Below, piece after piece: positions 1 to 12,149 of a stretch of 64,000 nt of DNA. How positions within the stretch are numbered: position 1 is the first letter of the stretch; each line of letters begins with the position of its first letter. Source of the stretch: Malacoraja senta (taxonomy: Eukaryota); assembly GCA_038087875.1 (NCBI GenBank), contig JAXLNO010000320.1:186001-250000 (forward strand), given 5' to 3'. Under the pieces are notes generated by a model. That model worked only from the letters and a program-made list of their open reading frames with translations. It was not told the DNA's origin and did no database searches. The position numbers and the translations under genes were made by a program.

Positions 1-310
1 CATCCATCCATTCTCTGCATATTCATGTGCCTATCTAAAAGACTCCTAAACACACACTCGCATCTACCTCCACCACAATCCATGGCAGCCATCGCTCTCT
101 GTGTAAAAAAAACATGCTGCACACATCTCCTTTAAACTTTGCCCCTCTCTCTCCTTAAAGTTATGCCCTTTGTCTTTGACATTTCCAGCCTGGGAAATGG
201 ATTCAGTAAACATTTGTAGAAGCTCCCAACCAGCCATGGGAGTGTGTGGACAGCTGGTCTGTTTATGATGGGAGAGGTACCTCTATCCAATGCTCCACGT
301 ACATAAGACT

Positions 311-600
311 GGCACAGTGGCGCAGCGGGTAGACCTGCCGCCTCATAGCGCCAGAGACCCAGTTTCGATCCCTGACCTTGTGTGCTATCTGAGTGGAGTT
401 TGCACGTTCTCCCTGTGAGCTCAGGTTTCCTCACGCATCCCAAAGACGTGCGGGGTTGTAAGTTAATTGGTCTCTGTAAATTGCCCCAAGTGTGTACAGA
501 TCAGGTGAGAAAGTGGGATAACATAGAACTAGTGTGAACGGGTGATCGATGGTCAGCAGGGACTCGGTGGGCCGAAGGGCCTGTTTCAATGCTGCATCTT
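311..600 (+). mobile_element. tRNA-derived V-SINE (HE1-like)
   Basis: tRNA-like head (ggcacagtggcgcagcgg...gtttcgatccc), V-domain gtggagtttgcacgttctccctgtg, CR1-like tail ggccgaagggcctgtttc; several copies in the window. Confidence 0.8.
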
Positions 601-817
601 TACACCAAACACAACGTCTAGTGTGCAGTTCCCTAGACTGGGCCCGGGCACCTCTTGTCACACTGCACACCAGCTCACTTAGCAGCAGTGCCATTCCCAG
701 CTGCAGGAGCGCCACATTGGCACCAGTGCCTGTCCTGCCGCTGCCGCTCCCCTCCAGCCCTGCATCGTCCCGGCTGTGGTCGAGCTGCTGCCTTTAACGA
801 GTGCCCTATTCCTCCAG

Positions 818-1003
818 GAGGAGATCGGGAAGCTGCTGCGGTTCGAGTCGTCGTCACTGCCGGAGGGGGAGGTGAGCAGCCTGGCAGAGTACGGTGGCAG
901 GATGAAGGCTGGCAGCCGCAACATCTACTACCTGTGTGCCCCCACACGCCAACTGGCACTGCACTCACCCTACTTCGAGGCCATGAAGCAGAAGGAGATG
1001 GAG
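818..1003 (+). CDS. TRAP1: TRAP1 (mitochondrial HSP90/HSP75) internal exon, 186 bp
   Basis: cag|GAG...GAG|gtgaga; [62 protein letters not shown] matches the TRAP1 middle domain; upstream exons lie outside the window. Confidence 0.96.
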
Positions 1004-1355
1004 GTGAGAGTGGGGGAGTGCGGGGGTGGGGTTAGAGCAAAGTGGGGGCTCGGGAGGGGATAGTGAGAGATTTAGAAGGGAAGCCCCCACTGGGGCTGCA
1101 GCCCCTCCTCATCGCCAGTCGGGAGTCTTCCGTTGTCACGTGTACCGGAACAGAGCAGTAACATTCCTACTGGCAGCTGCGGTCAGCTCAATCCTGACCT
1201 CATGTGGTGTTTGCACATTCACCCTATGATCTCACCTCGTGGGTTTCTTCCGGGTGCACCGGTTTTCTGTCTGAAGAAGGGTCCTAACCCAAACGTCACC
1301 TATCCAGAGATGACCCGCTGAGTTACTCCAGCACTTTGTCTTTTAAGGTTTAGAG

Positions 1356-1532
1356 CAGGGGTGTCAAACTCACAGCCCGCAAAGGGGTCCGATCCGGCCC
1401 GCGGGATGATTTACCTGATGCCAGAGCAGGCTGCAGCTGTCCGCAGTGCCGGACGGGACTGCGTTCGCGGCACGATCCAGCGCGCATGAAGTCGCATTTT
1501 GCCCATGACCTAAAATGGGTCTGACACCCCTG
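1356..1532. mobile_element. hAT/Charlie-type MITE
   Basis: TIR CAGGGGTGTCAAAC ... GTCTGACACCCCTG; imperfect 8-bp TSD gtttagag/gttcatag resembling the Charlie NTCTAGAN target. Confidence 0.75.
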
Positions 1533-1634
1533 GTTCATAGGGACAGGGGCCCCTTGTTTGGCATGGATTGGGTGGGCCGAAAGGCTTGTTTCCGTACTGT
1601 GACTGTAAAGCACCCCTTGCTGTGCCCGCTGCAG

Positions 1635-1773
1635 GTTCTCTTCTGCTTCGACCAGTTTGATGAGCTGACTCTGCTGCACCTGCGGGAGTTTGACAAGAAG
1701 AAGCTGATCTCGGTGGAGACCGGCATCGTTGTGGACCACTACAAGGAGGAGAAGTACGAGGACAGCAAGGCAG
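1635..1773 (+). CDS. TRAP1: TRAP1 exon, 139 bp
   Basis: cag|GTT...G|gtacga; [46 protein letters not shown]; phase 1 fits the next exon. Confidence 0.96.
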
Positions 1774-1963
1774 GTACGACCCCCGGTGGCAGGTACAATG
1801 GTAGGTGTGGTGTGGGCAGGTACTGTGGTAGGTGCGGTACTGTTGCGGGGCCAGGGCAAGGACGCTACGGAGTGGGGTGGCTCAGGGCCACAGTCCCTGA
1901 GGCCAGGCCCGGCCAGACTCAGGGTGTGCCGCACTCACACTGGACTACTCTTGCTGCAGTGGG

Positions 1964-4218
1964 ATAGAAACATAGAAAATAGGTGCAGGAGTAGGCCATT
2001 CAGCCCTTCGAGCCTGCACCGCCATTCAATATGATCATGGCTGATCATCCAACTCAGTATCCCGTACCTGCCTTCTCTCCATACCCCCTGATCCCCTTAG
2101 CCACAAGGGCCACATCTAACTCCCTCTTAAATATAGCCAATGAACTGGCCTCAACTACCCTCTGTGGCAGAGAGTTCCAGAGATTCACCACTCTCTGTGT
2201 GAAAAAGTTTTTCCTCATCTCGGTCATAAAGGATTTCCCCCTTATCCTTAAGCTGTGACCCCTTGTCCTGGACTTCCCCAACATCGGGAACAATCTTCCT
2301 GCATCTAGCCTGTCCAACCCCATAAGAATTTTGTACGTTTCTATAAGATCCCCTCTCAATCTCCTAAATTCTAGCGAGTATAAGCCAAGTCTATCCAGTC
2401 TTTCTTCATATGAAAGTCCTGACATCCCAGGAATCAGTCTGGTGAACCTTCTCTGCACTCCCTCTATGGCTATAATGTCCTTCCTCAGATTTGGAGACCA
2501 AAACTGTACGCAATACTCCAGGTGTGGTCTCACCAAGACCCTGTACAACTGCAGTAGAACCTCCCTGCTCCTATACTCAAATCCTCTTGCTATGAAGGCC
2601 AACATACCATTCGCTTTCTTCACTGCCTGCTGCACCTGCATGCCTACTTTCAATGACTGATGTACCATGACACCCTCGCTGCATCTCCCCATTTCCTAAT
2701 CGGCCACCATTTAGATAATAGTCTGCCTTCCCGTTTTTGCCACCAAAGTGGATAACCTCATCTGCTAAACATTTGCCCACTCACCCAGCCTATCCAAGTC
2801 ACCTTGCAGTCTCCTCACAGCTAACACTGCCCCCCCAGCTTAGTGTCATCCGCAAACTTGGAGATGTTGCTTTCAATTCCCTCATCCAGTTCATTAATAT
2901 AAATTGTAAATAGCTGGGGTCCCAGCACTGAGCCTTGCGGTACCCCACTGGTCATTGCCTGCCATTGTGAAAAGGACCCGTTTACTCCTACTCTTTGCTT
3001 CCTGTTTGCCAGCCAGTTCTCTATCCACATCAATACTGAACCCCCAATACCGTGTGATTTAAGTTTGTATCCTAATCTCTTATGTGGTACCTTGTCGAAA
3101 GCCTTCTGAAAGTCCAGATACAACACATCCACTGGTTCTCCCCTATCCACTCTACTAGTTACATCCTCGAAAAATTCTATAAGATTCGTCAGACACGATT
3201 TACCTTTCGTAAATCCATGCTGACTTTGTCCAATGATTTCACCACTTTCCAAATGTGCTGCTATCCCATCTTTAATAACTGACTCCAGCAGTTTCCCCGA
3301 TGTTAGACTAACTGGTCTGTAATTCCCCGTTTTCTCTCTTCCCTCCCTTCTTAAAAAGTGGGGTTACGTTTGCTACCCTCCAATCCTCAGGAACTACTCC
3401 AGAATCTAAAGAGTTTTGAAAAATTATCACTAATGCATCCACTATTTCTGGAGCTACTTCCTTAAGTACTCTGGGATGCAGCCTATCTGGCCCTGGTGAT
3501 TTATCGGCCTTTAATCCATTCAATTTACCCAACACCACTTCCCGACTAACCTGGATTTCACTCAGTTCCTCCATCTCCTTTGACCCGCGGCCCCCTGCTA
3601 TTTACGGCAGATTATTTATGTCTTCCTTAGTGAAGACGGAACCAAAGTAGTTATTCAATTGGTCCGCCATATCCTTGTTCCCCATGATCAATTCACCTGT
3701 TTCTGACTGCAAGGGACCTACATTTGTTTTAACTAATCTCTTTCTCTTCACATATCTATAAAAACTTTTGCAGTCAGTTTTTATGTTCCCTGCCAGTTTC
3801 CTTTCATAATCTATTTTTCCCTTTCCTAATTAAGCCCTTTGTCCTCCTCTGCTGGTCTCTGAATTTCTCCCAGTCCTCTGGTATGCTGCTTTTTCTGGCT
3901 AATTTGTACGCATCATCTTTTGCTTTTATAATATCCCTGATTTCCCTTGTTATCCACGGATGTACTACCTTCCCTGATTTATTCTTTTGCCAAACTGGGA
4001 TGAACAATTTTTGTAGTTCATCCATGCAGTCTTTAAATGCCTTCCATTGCAAATCCACCGTCAACCCTTTTAGAACTAATTGCCAGTCAATCTTGGCCAA
4101 TTCACGTCTCATACCCTCAAGGTTACCTTTCTTTAAGTTCAGAATCGTTGTTTCTGAATTAACAATGTCACTCTCCATCCTAATGAAGAACTCAACCATA
4201 TTATGGTCACTCTTGCCC
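1964..4218 (-). mobile_element. CR1 LINE, 5'-truncated, frameshifted ORF2
   Basis: ORF fragments with [50 protein letters not shown]; (TTTCTATG)n 3' tail at 1964. Confidence 0.93.
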
Positions 4219-4664
4219 TTAGCAAAACACAAAGTGCTGGAGGAACCCAGCGGGGCAGGCAGCATCTGTGGAGGGAATGGTCAGACGATGTTTCATTTGG
4301 GGCCCTTCTTCAGACCATGCCCTCCACAGATGCTGCCTGACCCACGAGGTTCCTCCAGCACTTTGCTCAGGATTTCAGCACCTGCTGTTCCTCGTGTGTC
4401 AGGTGAAGATTTAGTGCCGTAGCAACGGCTGGTCGATCAGACGGGGACCGGACAGCCTGGGTCTGCTAGAGGTTTGAAAAGCAAAAGGTGAACTAACAAT
4501 GCCTCAAAAGGTCATTTTGAACACTCAAAATTATACGGGTCATGAAGACGGCGCAGTTTAAGCCGTGACCCCATTGGGCGACAGAACGGACCCCCAAGGG
4601 CCTCGTGGATGTGACATCCTACCATGTCTACACCTCTCATAATGTTATACACTTCTCCTTCCAG

Positions 4665-4750
4665 CGACGGAGCGCCTGTCTGATGCCGAGGCGGAGGGGC
4701 TGGTGGCCTGGATGAGGAACGGTCTCGGAGAGCGGGTGGCCAACATCAAG
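4665..4750 (+). CDS. TRAP1: TRAP1 exon, 86 bp
   Basis: ccag|CG...AAG|gtaaca; (A)[28 protein letters not shown]; phase completes the previous exon. Confidence 0.93.
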
Positions 4751-5368
4751 GTAACAGTCAGAGGCACGAGCCCCGACCTGTAGCGTCAACCACCCTTCCC
4801 CTACAGATGCTGCTTGACCCACTGAGTGATCGTTGGTTCCGGGAATAAACCACCTTCCTCATTCAGAGGCCATTGAAGGGTCTGGAATCACGTAGCATAG
4901 ACAGACCATTCGGCCCATCATGTCCATGCCAGCCATCCACTAATCCCATTTCCCTGCAATTTGTGACTTCTGGCACTGCAATTTGTTACACAGATCACAT
5001 TCACTACACCCCGCCCCCCCCCCCCCCATTCACCGCACTCTCCCTATTCGCTACATTCCCCCCCCATTACCTACAATACCCCCATTTTCCAACAACAGTG
5101 TAAACCCCCCCCCCCCCCCGCCGCATTTCACGTTTTGTTGATAGCTGTGCACGGTGTGAGTCTCTTTCCCCCCCCACCCCCAGCCCAGCGCTCGGGGTGC
5201 AGATGCCCTGATGTTTGGTGAGGTTTTGGCAACAGGTCCCAACGATCCCCGCACGGGTTTGTAGACCTCGATTAGATCCCTCGCTCCCCCTCTGGATGTG
5301 TGTTTGCGCCGAGGAGGGGGTGGGGGTGTTGGCACTGCGTATCATCAGTCTGTATCTCCCCCTAATAG

Positions 5369-5514
5369 CTGACGCCGCGCTTGGACACACACCCGGCCAT
5401 GGTGACGGTGCTAGAGATGGGCGCCGCCCGGCACTTCCTGCGCACACAGCAGCTGGCCGGCTCCAGCGAGGAGCGGGCACAGGTCCTGCAGCCTACCCTG
5501 GAGATCAACAGCAG
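5369..5514 (+). CDS. TRAP1: TRAP1 exon, 146 bp
   Basis: tag|CTG...AG|gtcagc; [48 protein letters not shown]. Confidence 0.96.
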
Positions 5515-5639
5515 GTCAGCATCTGGGGATGGGGGGTGGGGGAAGGCTCGGGCCGAAAGGGAGCAGACCGCACGGACTTGGGATGGCGGTGGTTCAGTGA
5601 CTCTGGCAGAGCTGCCCCTCACAGTGTGTCCTCTTCCAG

Positions 5640-5712
5640 CCACGTCCTGATCAAGAAGCTGAACGAGCTGCGGGATGGCGATCCGGAGCTGGCCCGCTTG
5701 CTGCTTGACCAG
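5640..5712 (+). CDS. TRAP1: TRAP1 exon, 73 bp
   Basis: ccag|C...CAG|gtgagg; (S)[24 protein letters not shown]. Confidence 0.95.
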
Positions 5713-6083
5713 GTGAGGTGTCCATCACCGATATCCGGCACCGTGGCAGGGCTGCGAGGGGTCCAGCTTAGAGCACTGAGGTCCTGCGCTCTTCATGGCA
5801 GGAGTGTAATCCAGACTCTGCAGGCAGAGGGGAGTAGTTTAACTGGGCTTCATGTTCGGCCAAAGGGCCTGTTCCTGAGCTGTACTGTTGTATGCTGTGT
5901 GCACTGTGACTTGGAAGACACCACCTGGCAGCATTGTTGCTCATATTGCAACTAGACATTTTTTTGACTGCTGCTTGGATTAATTCCTGTATCCCCACAC
6001 CATTGCGACAGACTATCTGTGACAATAAAGTGCCATTGAGCTAGTGACAGCAGCAGGTTTGTGGCAGGGTGGCTGGATGGCCT

Positions 6084-6632
6084 TACATCGGCGATACCAA
6101 GCACGGACTCAGCGACCGTTTCACTGAAAACGCACTTGGTCCACCAAGACCTGCTGGATCTCTTGGTTGCTAACCGGTGTAACCAATTCCCATTCCCACA
6201 CTGGCCTTTCTGTCCTGGGCCTCCTCCATTGTCAGAGTAAGGCCACACACAAACTGGAGGAACAACACCTCATATTTTGCTTGGGTAGCGTATTACCCAA
6301 TGGTATGAACATTAAATTCTCCAAGGTTAGGCAACTTCTAACTAACCCTTCCCCCCACCCCCCTCCCTTTCTTCCCCACACATGCCTCTTCCCTCCCTTG
6401 TGTCCACCTGGACTGCCGCCCATTTCTCTCCCCCCACCCGCTACCTTCCCCACTCTGGTTTTCACAATCTGCAACATCCCAAACCTGTCTTGCACCTACT
6501 TTTATCTCTTGCCTTTGTTCCAACCATCTGCCTGTCAACCCTCCCTCCCCCCTTATAATCAGTCTGAAGACCCCAAAAGTCTCCTACTAGTCCTCTGGAG
6601 ATGCTGTCTGACGCTGAGTTACTCCAGCACTG
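6084..6632 (+). mobile_element. Penelope-like element 3' fragment (GIY-YIG end plus pLTR)
   Basis: YIGDTK...RFTE and LSVLGLLHCQ...KLEEQHLIFCLG...GMNI motifs, then pyrimidine-rich pLTR and a degraded hammerhead core. Confidence 0.8.
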
Positions 6633-6929
6633 AGTCTCTCTTTGGCCTTGCTCTGACCCGGTGCTGCAGACCATTGCAGCGCTGCCGCCCGCCACATGAT
6701 GGCCGCAGTGAGCAGTCTGCGGGCGGGCGGGCTGCACTGCTGGCGGTGGCCGGTACTGCAGGTTCTGAGCCTGGGGAGAGGTGGTAGGCAGATTTCATTT
6801 ACCCTCCCTCTTCATTTACTGTCTGTACCTATGTCTGCCGTTCTTCCCTCACTCACTCGCCCAGGTGTAGCAGGGAGTTTGCAGCCTGTGTGATTTTATT
6901 CTGCGGTAATTCGGCCCATTGTGTCCCTG

Positions 6930-7670
6930 CTGCCTCTTTGATGGATCTTAGACCCGCTTCTCTTAACAGCATTAATGAACAGAGTGATCTTGGGTCCAAA
7001 GGCTCCCTGAAAGGTTTAGAGGGATGTGGGCCAAACACAGGCAGGTGGGACTAGTGTAGATGCGGCAACTTGGCTGGCATAGCTGAAGGGCCTGCTTCTG
7101 TGCTGTATGGCTCTATGAAAGTGACAATTAAGGGCATTAAGTATAAGAGTCAGGAAGTCATGATGCAACTTCATATTTGGAATATTGCGTGCAGTTATGG
7201 TCACCCCGTTACAGGAAGTATGTGAAGGCTTTGAACAAGGTGCAGAGGAAGTTTACTACAATGCTGCCAAGATTGGAAGGTATTAGCCATAAGGAGATTT
7301 TGGACAAACTTGGATTGTTTTTCTGGAATGTCAGAGGTTGGAGGGAGACCTGATAAGATATATAAAATTATGAGATGTAGAAGATGGTGTATGAAAATTT
7401 TATGGGACAAAGCTGAGGTAGATAATCAGGCTTTTACCCAGGTCAGGGTGTCTAGGATTGGAGGATAGAGATTTACGGTGAGAGGGAAACGATTTAAAGA
7501 GGACTTGAGCAACTGTTTTTTACCACAGGCTGGTGGGTCTAGGAACGAGCTGCCAGAGGGCATGGTAGGGACTGGATAGGAATGGTGGGCCAAATCCAGG
7601 CAAATGGGGCTAGCCTTGATTGGCGTTGTGATCAGCATGGATTAGTTGGACCAAATGGCCTGTTTCCCTG
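6930..7670 (+). mobile_element. Degraded CR1 3' fragments
   Basis: Similarity by eye to the 3' ends of better-preserved CR1 copies (gtgcagaggaagtttact, ttttctggaatgtcagaggttg). Confidence 0.65.
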
Positions 7671-7846
7671 CTGGTCTGAATTGTCCCTGAGAGGCAGCGT
7701 GTGCCACCCCAGTGGGCACCAGGAGGTGAGGCTGTGTTCCGTGCCCGCGGTGGACTCGGGTTCCAGAGAGTGCTGCGTTCGGTGAGGCTGGGTGTGAGCG
7801 GAGGCCGCCAGGGACCTGCTGTGACCAAGAGTCTGCTTCATTTCAG

Positions 7847-7948
7847 ATCTACGACAACGCCATGATCGCCGCAGGCCTGAACGACGACCCTCGGCCCATG
7901 ATCGGGCGGCTGAACCAGCTGCTGAGCCGGGCCCTGGAGCGCAGCTAA
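7847..7948 (+). CDS. TRAP1: TRAP1 terminal coding exon
   Basis: ttcag|[36 protein letters not shown] (TAA 7946-7948). Confidence 0.96.
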   Translation: MYDNAMIAAGLNDDPRPMIGRLNQLLSRALERS

Positions 7949-7954
7949 GGCATC

Positions 7955-8185
7955 ACCCATCGGTCAGTCACCCACCCCAGTGACGTGCGGTGACACTCCA
8001 TCAGTTAATGACCCCCAGTGACACCCACTCCCAGCAGTGACACCCTACCCCACTCCCTGCGGTAACACCCCATCCTTCAGTTCCCCGCGGTGATGCCCGG
8101 TCAGTCAGTGACTCCCATCCCCCACTCCTCGCAGTGCCACCCCATCAGTTAGTGACCCACAGTGTCACCCACCCCCAGTCGCTGT
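7955..8185 (+). repeat. Degenerate CAGTGACAC/CCC tandem repeat in the TRAP1 3'UTR
   Basis: Recurrent cagtgac/cggtgac units followed by C-runs. Confidence 0.55.
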
Positions 8186-8256
8186 GCTGCCTGACTCCAG
8201 CCCTGCGCCCAGACTGTGAATTTACACAAATGTTACGCACTATAATATAATCTGTG

Positions 8257-8262
8257 AATAAA
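8257..8262 (+). terminator. TRAP1 polyadenylation signal
   Basis: AATAAA ~310 nt after the stop, followed by GT-rich sequence. Confidence 0.75.
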
Positions 8263-8423
8263 ATCATTGCGAGCTTTGATGTCTCGGTCTGTACTAGCCT
8301 CCCTATCCTGCGATGTTTTACCTTTGAAAGGGAAGATTTAAAAGGGACCCGAGTGGCAGCTTTTCCACACAGAGGGAGGGGGGTCTATGGAACGAGCTGC
8401 CAGGGACATGGTTGAGGCAGGTA

Positions 8424-8735
8424 ATGTGACGCAGCCAGAGCCGCTGCCTCACAGCACCAGAAACCCAGGTTTGTTCCTGACCTCGGGTGCTATCTGTATG
8501 GAGTTTGTACGTTCTCCCTGTAACTACATGGTTTTCCTCTGGGTGCTCTGGTTTTCTCCCACATCCTAAAGACGTGCGGGTTTGTAGATTATTTGACCTT
8601 CTGTAAATTGCCCCGAGTGCAGAGAGTGAATGAGAAAATAGGAAAACAGAACTAGTGTGAATTGGTGATCGATGGTCGGCGTGGACTCGGAGGGCCGAAG
8701 GTCCTGTTTGCATGCTGTAACTCTAAACTAAACTA
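8424..8735 (+). mobile_element. V-SINE (HE1-like)
   Basis: V-domain ggagtttgtacgttctccctg and (CTAAA)n tail. Confidence 0.75.
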
Positions 8736-11700
8736 TGTTAATAACAACACTAAAAAGGCACTTGGACAGGTACACGGATTGGAAAGATTTTGAGTTATAA
8801 GAGACTAATACAATGGGAAGACACAAAATGCTGGAGTAACTCAGCGGGACAGGCAGCATCTCTGGATTGCACTAGTACAGAGCTTGGATGGGCTGAATGG
8901 AGCATGTTTCCAGATAAAAGCTGGAGAAATGGTGGGAGATGAGATTTACAACACGGAAGCGTTGTCTAAAAATAAAAGGTGTTGGCCGGTGTGTGCAGTG
9001 GTAAGGCGAACGTGTGAATGGCAGATGCAAGCAATGGGCTGCACGGAGCCGGTGTACAGATCGTGTCTGTGGTTGGCTGCATCCTGCAGGCTTATCCTGG
9101 CATTTGCACTCTCCTGGCTGCAGTGTCGTAACTGAGCCGATCTCGGTGTACCAGGCACCAGCTGTCTTATCTCTTCTCAGCCTTCACCATCTCTCTCCCT
9201 GTTCTGAGCAGTCATGGGCCAAACTATCACAATTTGCAGGTTTAATTCAGTCTTTGAGCACCTCAAAGCAAGACAAGTAGTCACCTCCTTTCCCACTCGC
9301 CCCCCCCTCCCCATCACCCCTCCCCTCCTCCAACTCTTCCCCATCCCGTGCCCAATATCCCCCCCCCCCCCCAACAGTGCTGAGGGGCGGTGAGGGTGAG
9401 CAGATAACCCTGTCCCTCTCTACACCAGGCCCAGCCTGAGCCTACCGGAATTGGTGTCAGTCGCTGAACCTCCACTGGCCGTGAAATATTAATCCGCTGA
9501 ACAGTTGTCGCTGTGGCAAACCAAACACTGCGTTAATGAGTCTTGCAGATGGAGCCAGTGGGACAAACAGCAGGAGGAGGCCATGTGGCCCTTCAAACCT
9601 ATCCCACTGTTCACCCCTGCCACTTCACTGCCTTGACCACATCAAATACAGGGTGAGTCAACAGCATTAAGATGAGAGAGGCAAAGTTTAAGGGAGATGT
9701 GTGGGCAAGATTTTTTACATGGAGGTGGCGGGTGCCTGGAACGTTCTGCTAGGGCAGGTTGTGGAGGCAGATACGACAGTGGCATTAAGAGATTTGGATA
9801 GGGCACATGGATATGCAGGGAATAGAGATATGGGCACTGCGCATCTCTCGTCTATCATATTGTTAACCTTGTACTATGTTTACATATTCTGTTGTGCTGC
9901 AGCAAGTAAGAATTTCATTGTTCTATCTGGGACATGAGACAATAAAACACTCCTGAGTGGCAAAGGGTGGAAAAGAGACAATGATATGAGGTTGGAGAAG
10001 TTGAGGGACCAGGCATCATAGGCAGGACTCCAAATCACAGACCACCACTAGAGGTGAGGCTAAAGGCAAGGGTGGCCAAGAAGTTTCTTCTTGCTCACAG
10101 CAGCATCATTAATTCCTGTGTGTGATCCAATCTAGTTTGTTATAAATCACCTCCTCTCCATTCCAGCGGTCTCAGATCAATGACGCAGTTAAATCAGGGT
10201 CAGCATTGATCCACCGTATCAACTCTGGGCTGCTGCGTCCGACTGAAACACAACATGGGGTGGGGGGGGGGGGGGGGGAGGAGAGGAAGGAAAGAGGGTC
10301 CCAGCCCGACTCCCTCCATCCTGCCTGTAGCCCAATGAGGGAGGCCTGGGTCAGTGAGAGCAACAGTGAAACTAGACACAAGGAGCAGCAGATGCTGGAA
10401 ACTTGTGGAGAACGCAGAGTGCTGGAGGAAGTCAGTGGGTTGGGCAGCATCTGTGGAGAACGTGGACACTAATTGCTCATGTCCATTACTGTCACCTAAT
10501 TTTAGATTTAGCTGACCGCAATGTTTACTGTCACCAGAAACAAGTTGCTGTGGTTGAGGGAGAAGCCTCTCCTTGGCTGGAAGACACAGGAGCTGGAGTA
10601 GCGCAGTGTGGGGTAACTGCCCCATACCCACATGGCCCTGCTGCAAAGCACCACTTCTTTACACTTGAACTCCAGGTGATCAGCAATGGGAGTCCGTGGG
10701 AAGTTGTATCTTATGTGGATGTAGATCCAGTTATGTCGGGAACACATACCCCAGGACACCATTTGCTAGTGCGCTGCACTGTCCTTAGGCAGAGGGAGAA
10801 AGTCTCCCAGGTGCTATCAAGGACAGCACAGCTGCTGCCTCAGAGCATCAGAGGCCTAGGTTTGATACGATTTCAAGTGCTGTTTGTGTGGAGTTCGCAT
10901 GTTCTCCCCGTAACCACATGGCTTTCCTCCACATTTCAAATACATGTAGGATTTTAGTTTAATTGACCCACTATAATTTACTCCTGGTGTAAAGGGAGTA
11001 GGTGCAAACATTGGGTAACAGAATTAGGGTGATGGTCAGCATGGACTCTAGGCCAAAGAGCCTGTTTCCATGCTGCATGTCTAGAAATAAAAAGAGCTGA
11101 TCAAATTCTTGGGCACTTTCCCCTCTCACCTGAAGCCCATAATCTTCCAGTTCTTGATTCTCCTACCTTGGGTAAAAGACTAGCTCAGGCCATCAAGTCC
11201 TGGCAGCAGCCTCAAATCTTCTTTGCATTCCTAAAGTATTCTTAGCATTTTAGGATTGACAAGCTGATTGTGTGAATTAGACACAAGGAACTGCAAATGC
11301 TGAAATCTTGCGTGGAACTCAGTGCTGGTGTAACTCAGCAAGTCAGGACCTAGATAGATGACGTTTCAGGTCAGGACCTTCTATTTGGCTGCAGCTTCCA
11401 CTGAAGGGGGACAAACCGTGCAGTGCTTCCCTGGAGCTGGGCTGAAAGACACTAGTGGAGGAAAGGCAGAGACAGCTGAAGATCAGGGGTCATTCTGGAG
11501 CAATGACAGACACAAGGTTAGGGACTTCAGAGAAGGATAAATGAGCTGTTACCAGCTGGAAAATAATATCACACTGTCCCTGCTCTTGTCCTGGGGTAGG
11601 CTGGCAAGAGCAAGATTGGGAAAATAAAAATGTCTGTGTCAGTGACTTTATGAACAAGGGAAAGTTGTGGCAAAGGAAGTTTATTTAATCAACTGCAGCA

Positions 11701-12149
11701 TTGTCCTTGCTGAGGGGACTCAAGAAGATTGAGACATTGAATATTGGAATGGAAACTGAAATCTCATAAATCTAGTGAATAAACAGAGTGGATAAGAGGC
11801 TTTGGGTTTAATCAGGCAATTAAAACATAATCCCACTTTTAACATTGTATTTGGTTTAGGGTGGGAAATTCCCCAATGCTACACTGGGGAATTATCAAAA
11901 ACCATCCTTGAAGCACTCCAGAACTTGGGAGGAACCAAACACAGCAGTTTGGGTGAATGACGTTTTATGGTAGCTGGATTGGGAACTATAAAATACCTCA
12001 TACAACTGCAGTGCCAGCCTTGGATGCAAAACACTGATGACAGCAGTACATTGTAATTGTGTAACAGGAGGCCTATGGATATATAAAGAGTAAAAAAAGA
12101 GGCACGAGTGGACTTTGGGCTGCTGGAGAATGATACAGAAGTGATAACT

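Noticed and set aside
1718..1726. TRAP1 ISVETG, where human has ISVETD (recalled)
   Set aside because: A single-base difference; cannot separate lineage variation from sequencing error
5215..5955. 246-aa ORF
   Set aside because: Read-through across TRAP1 introns; only 5640-5712 is in the true coding frame
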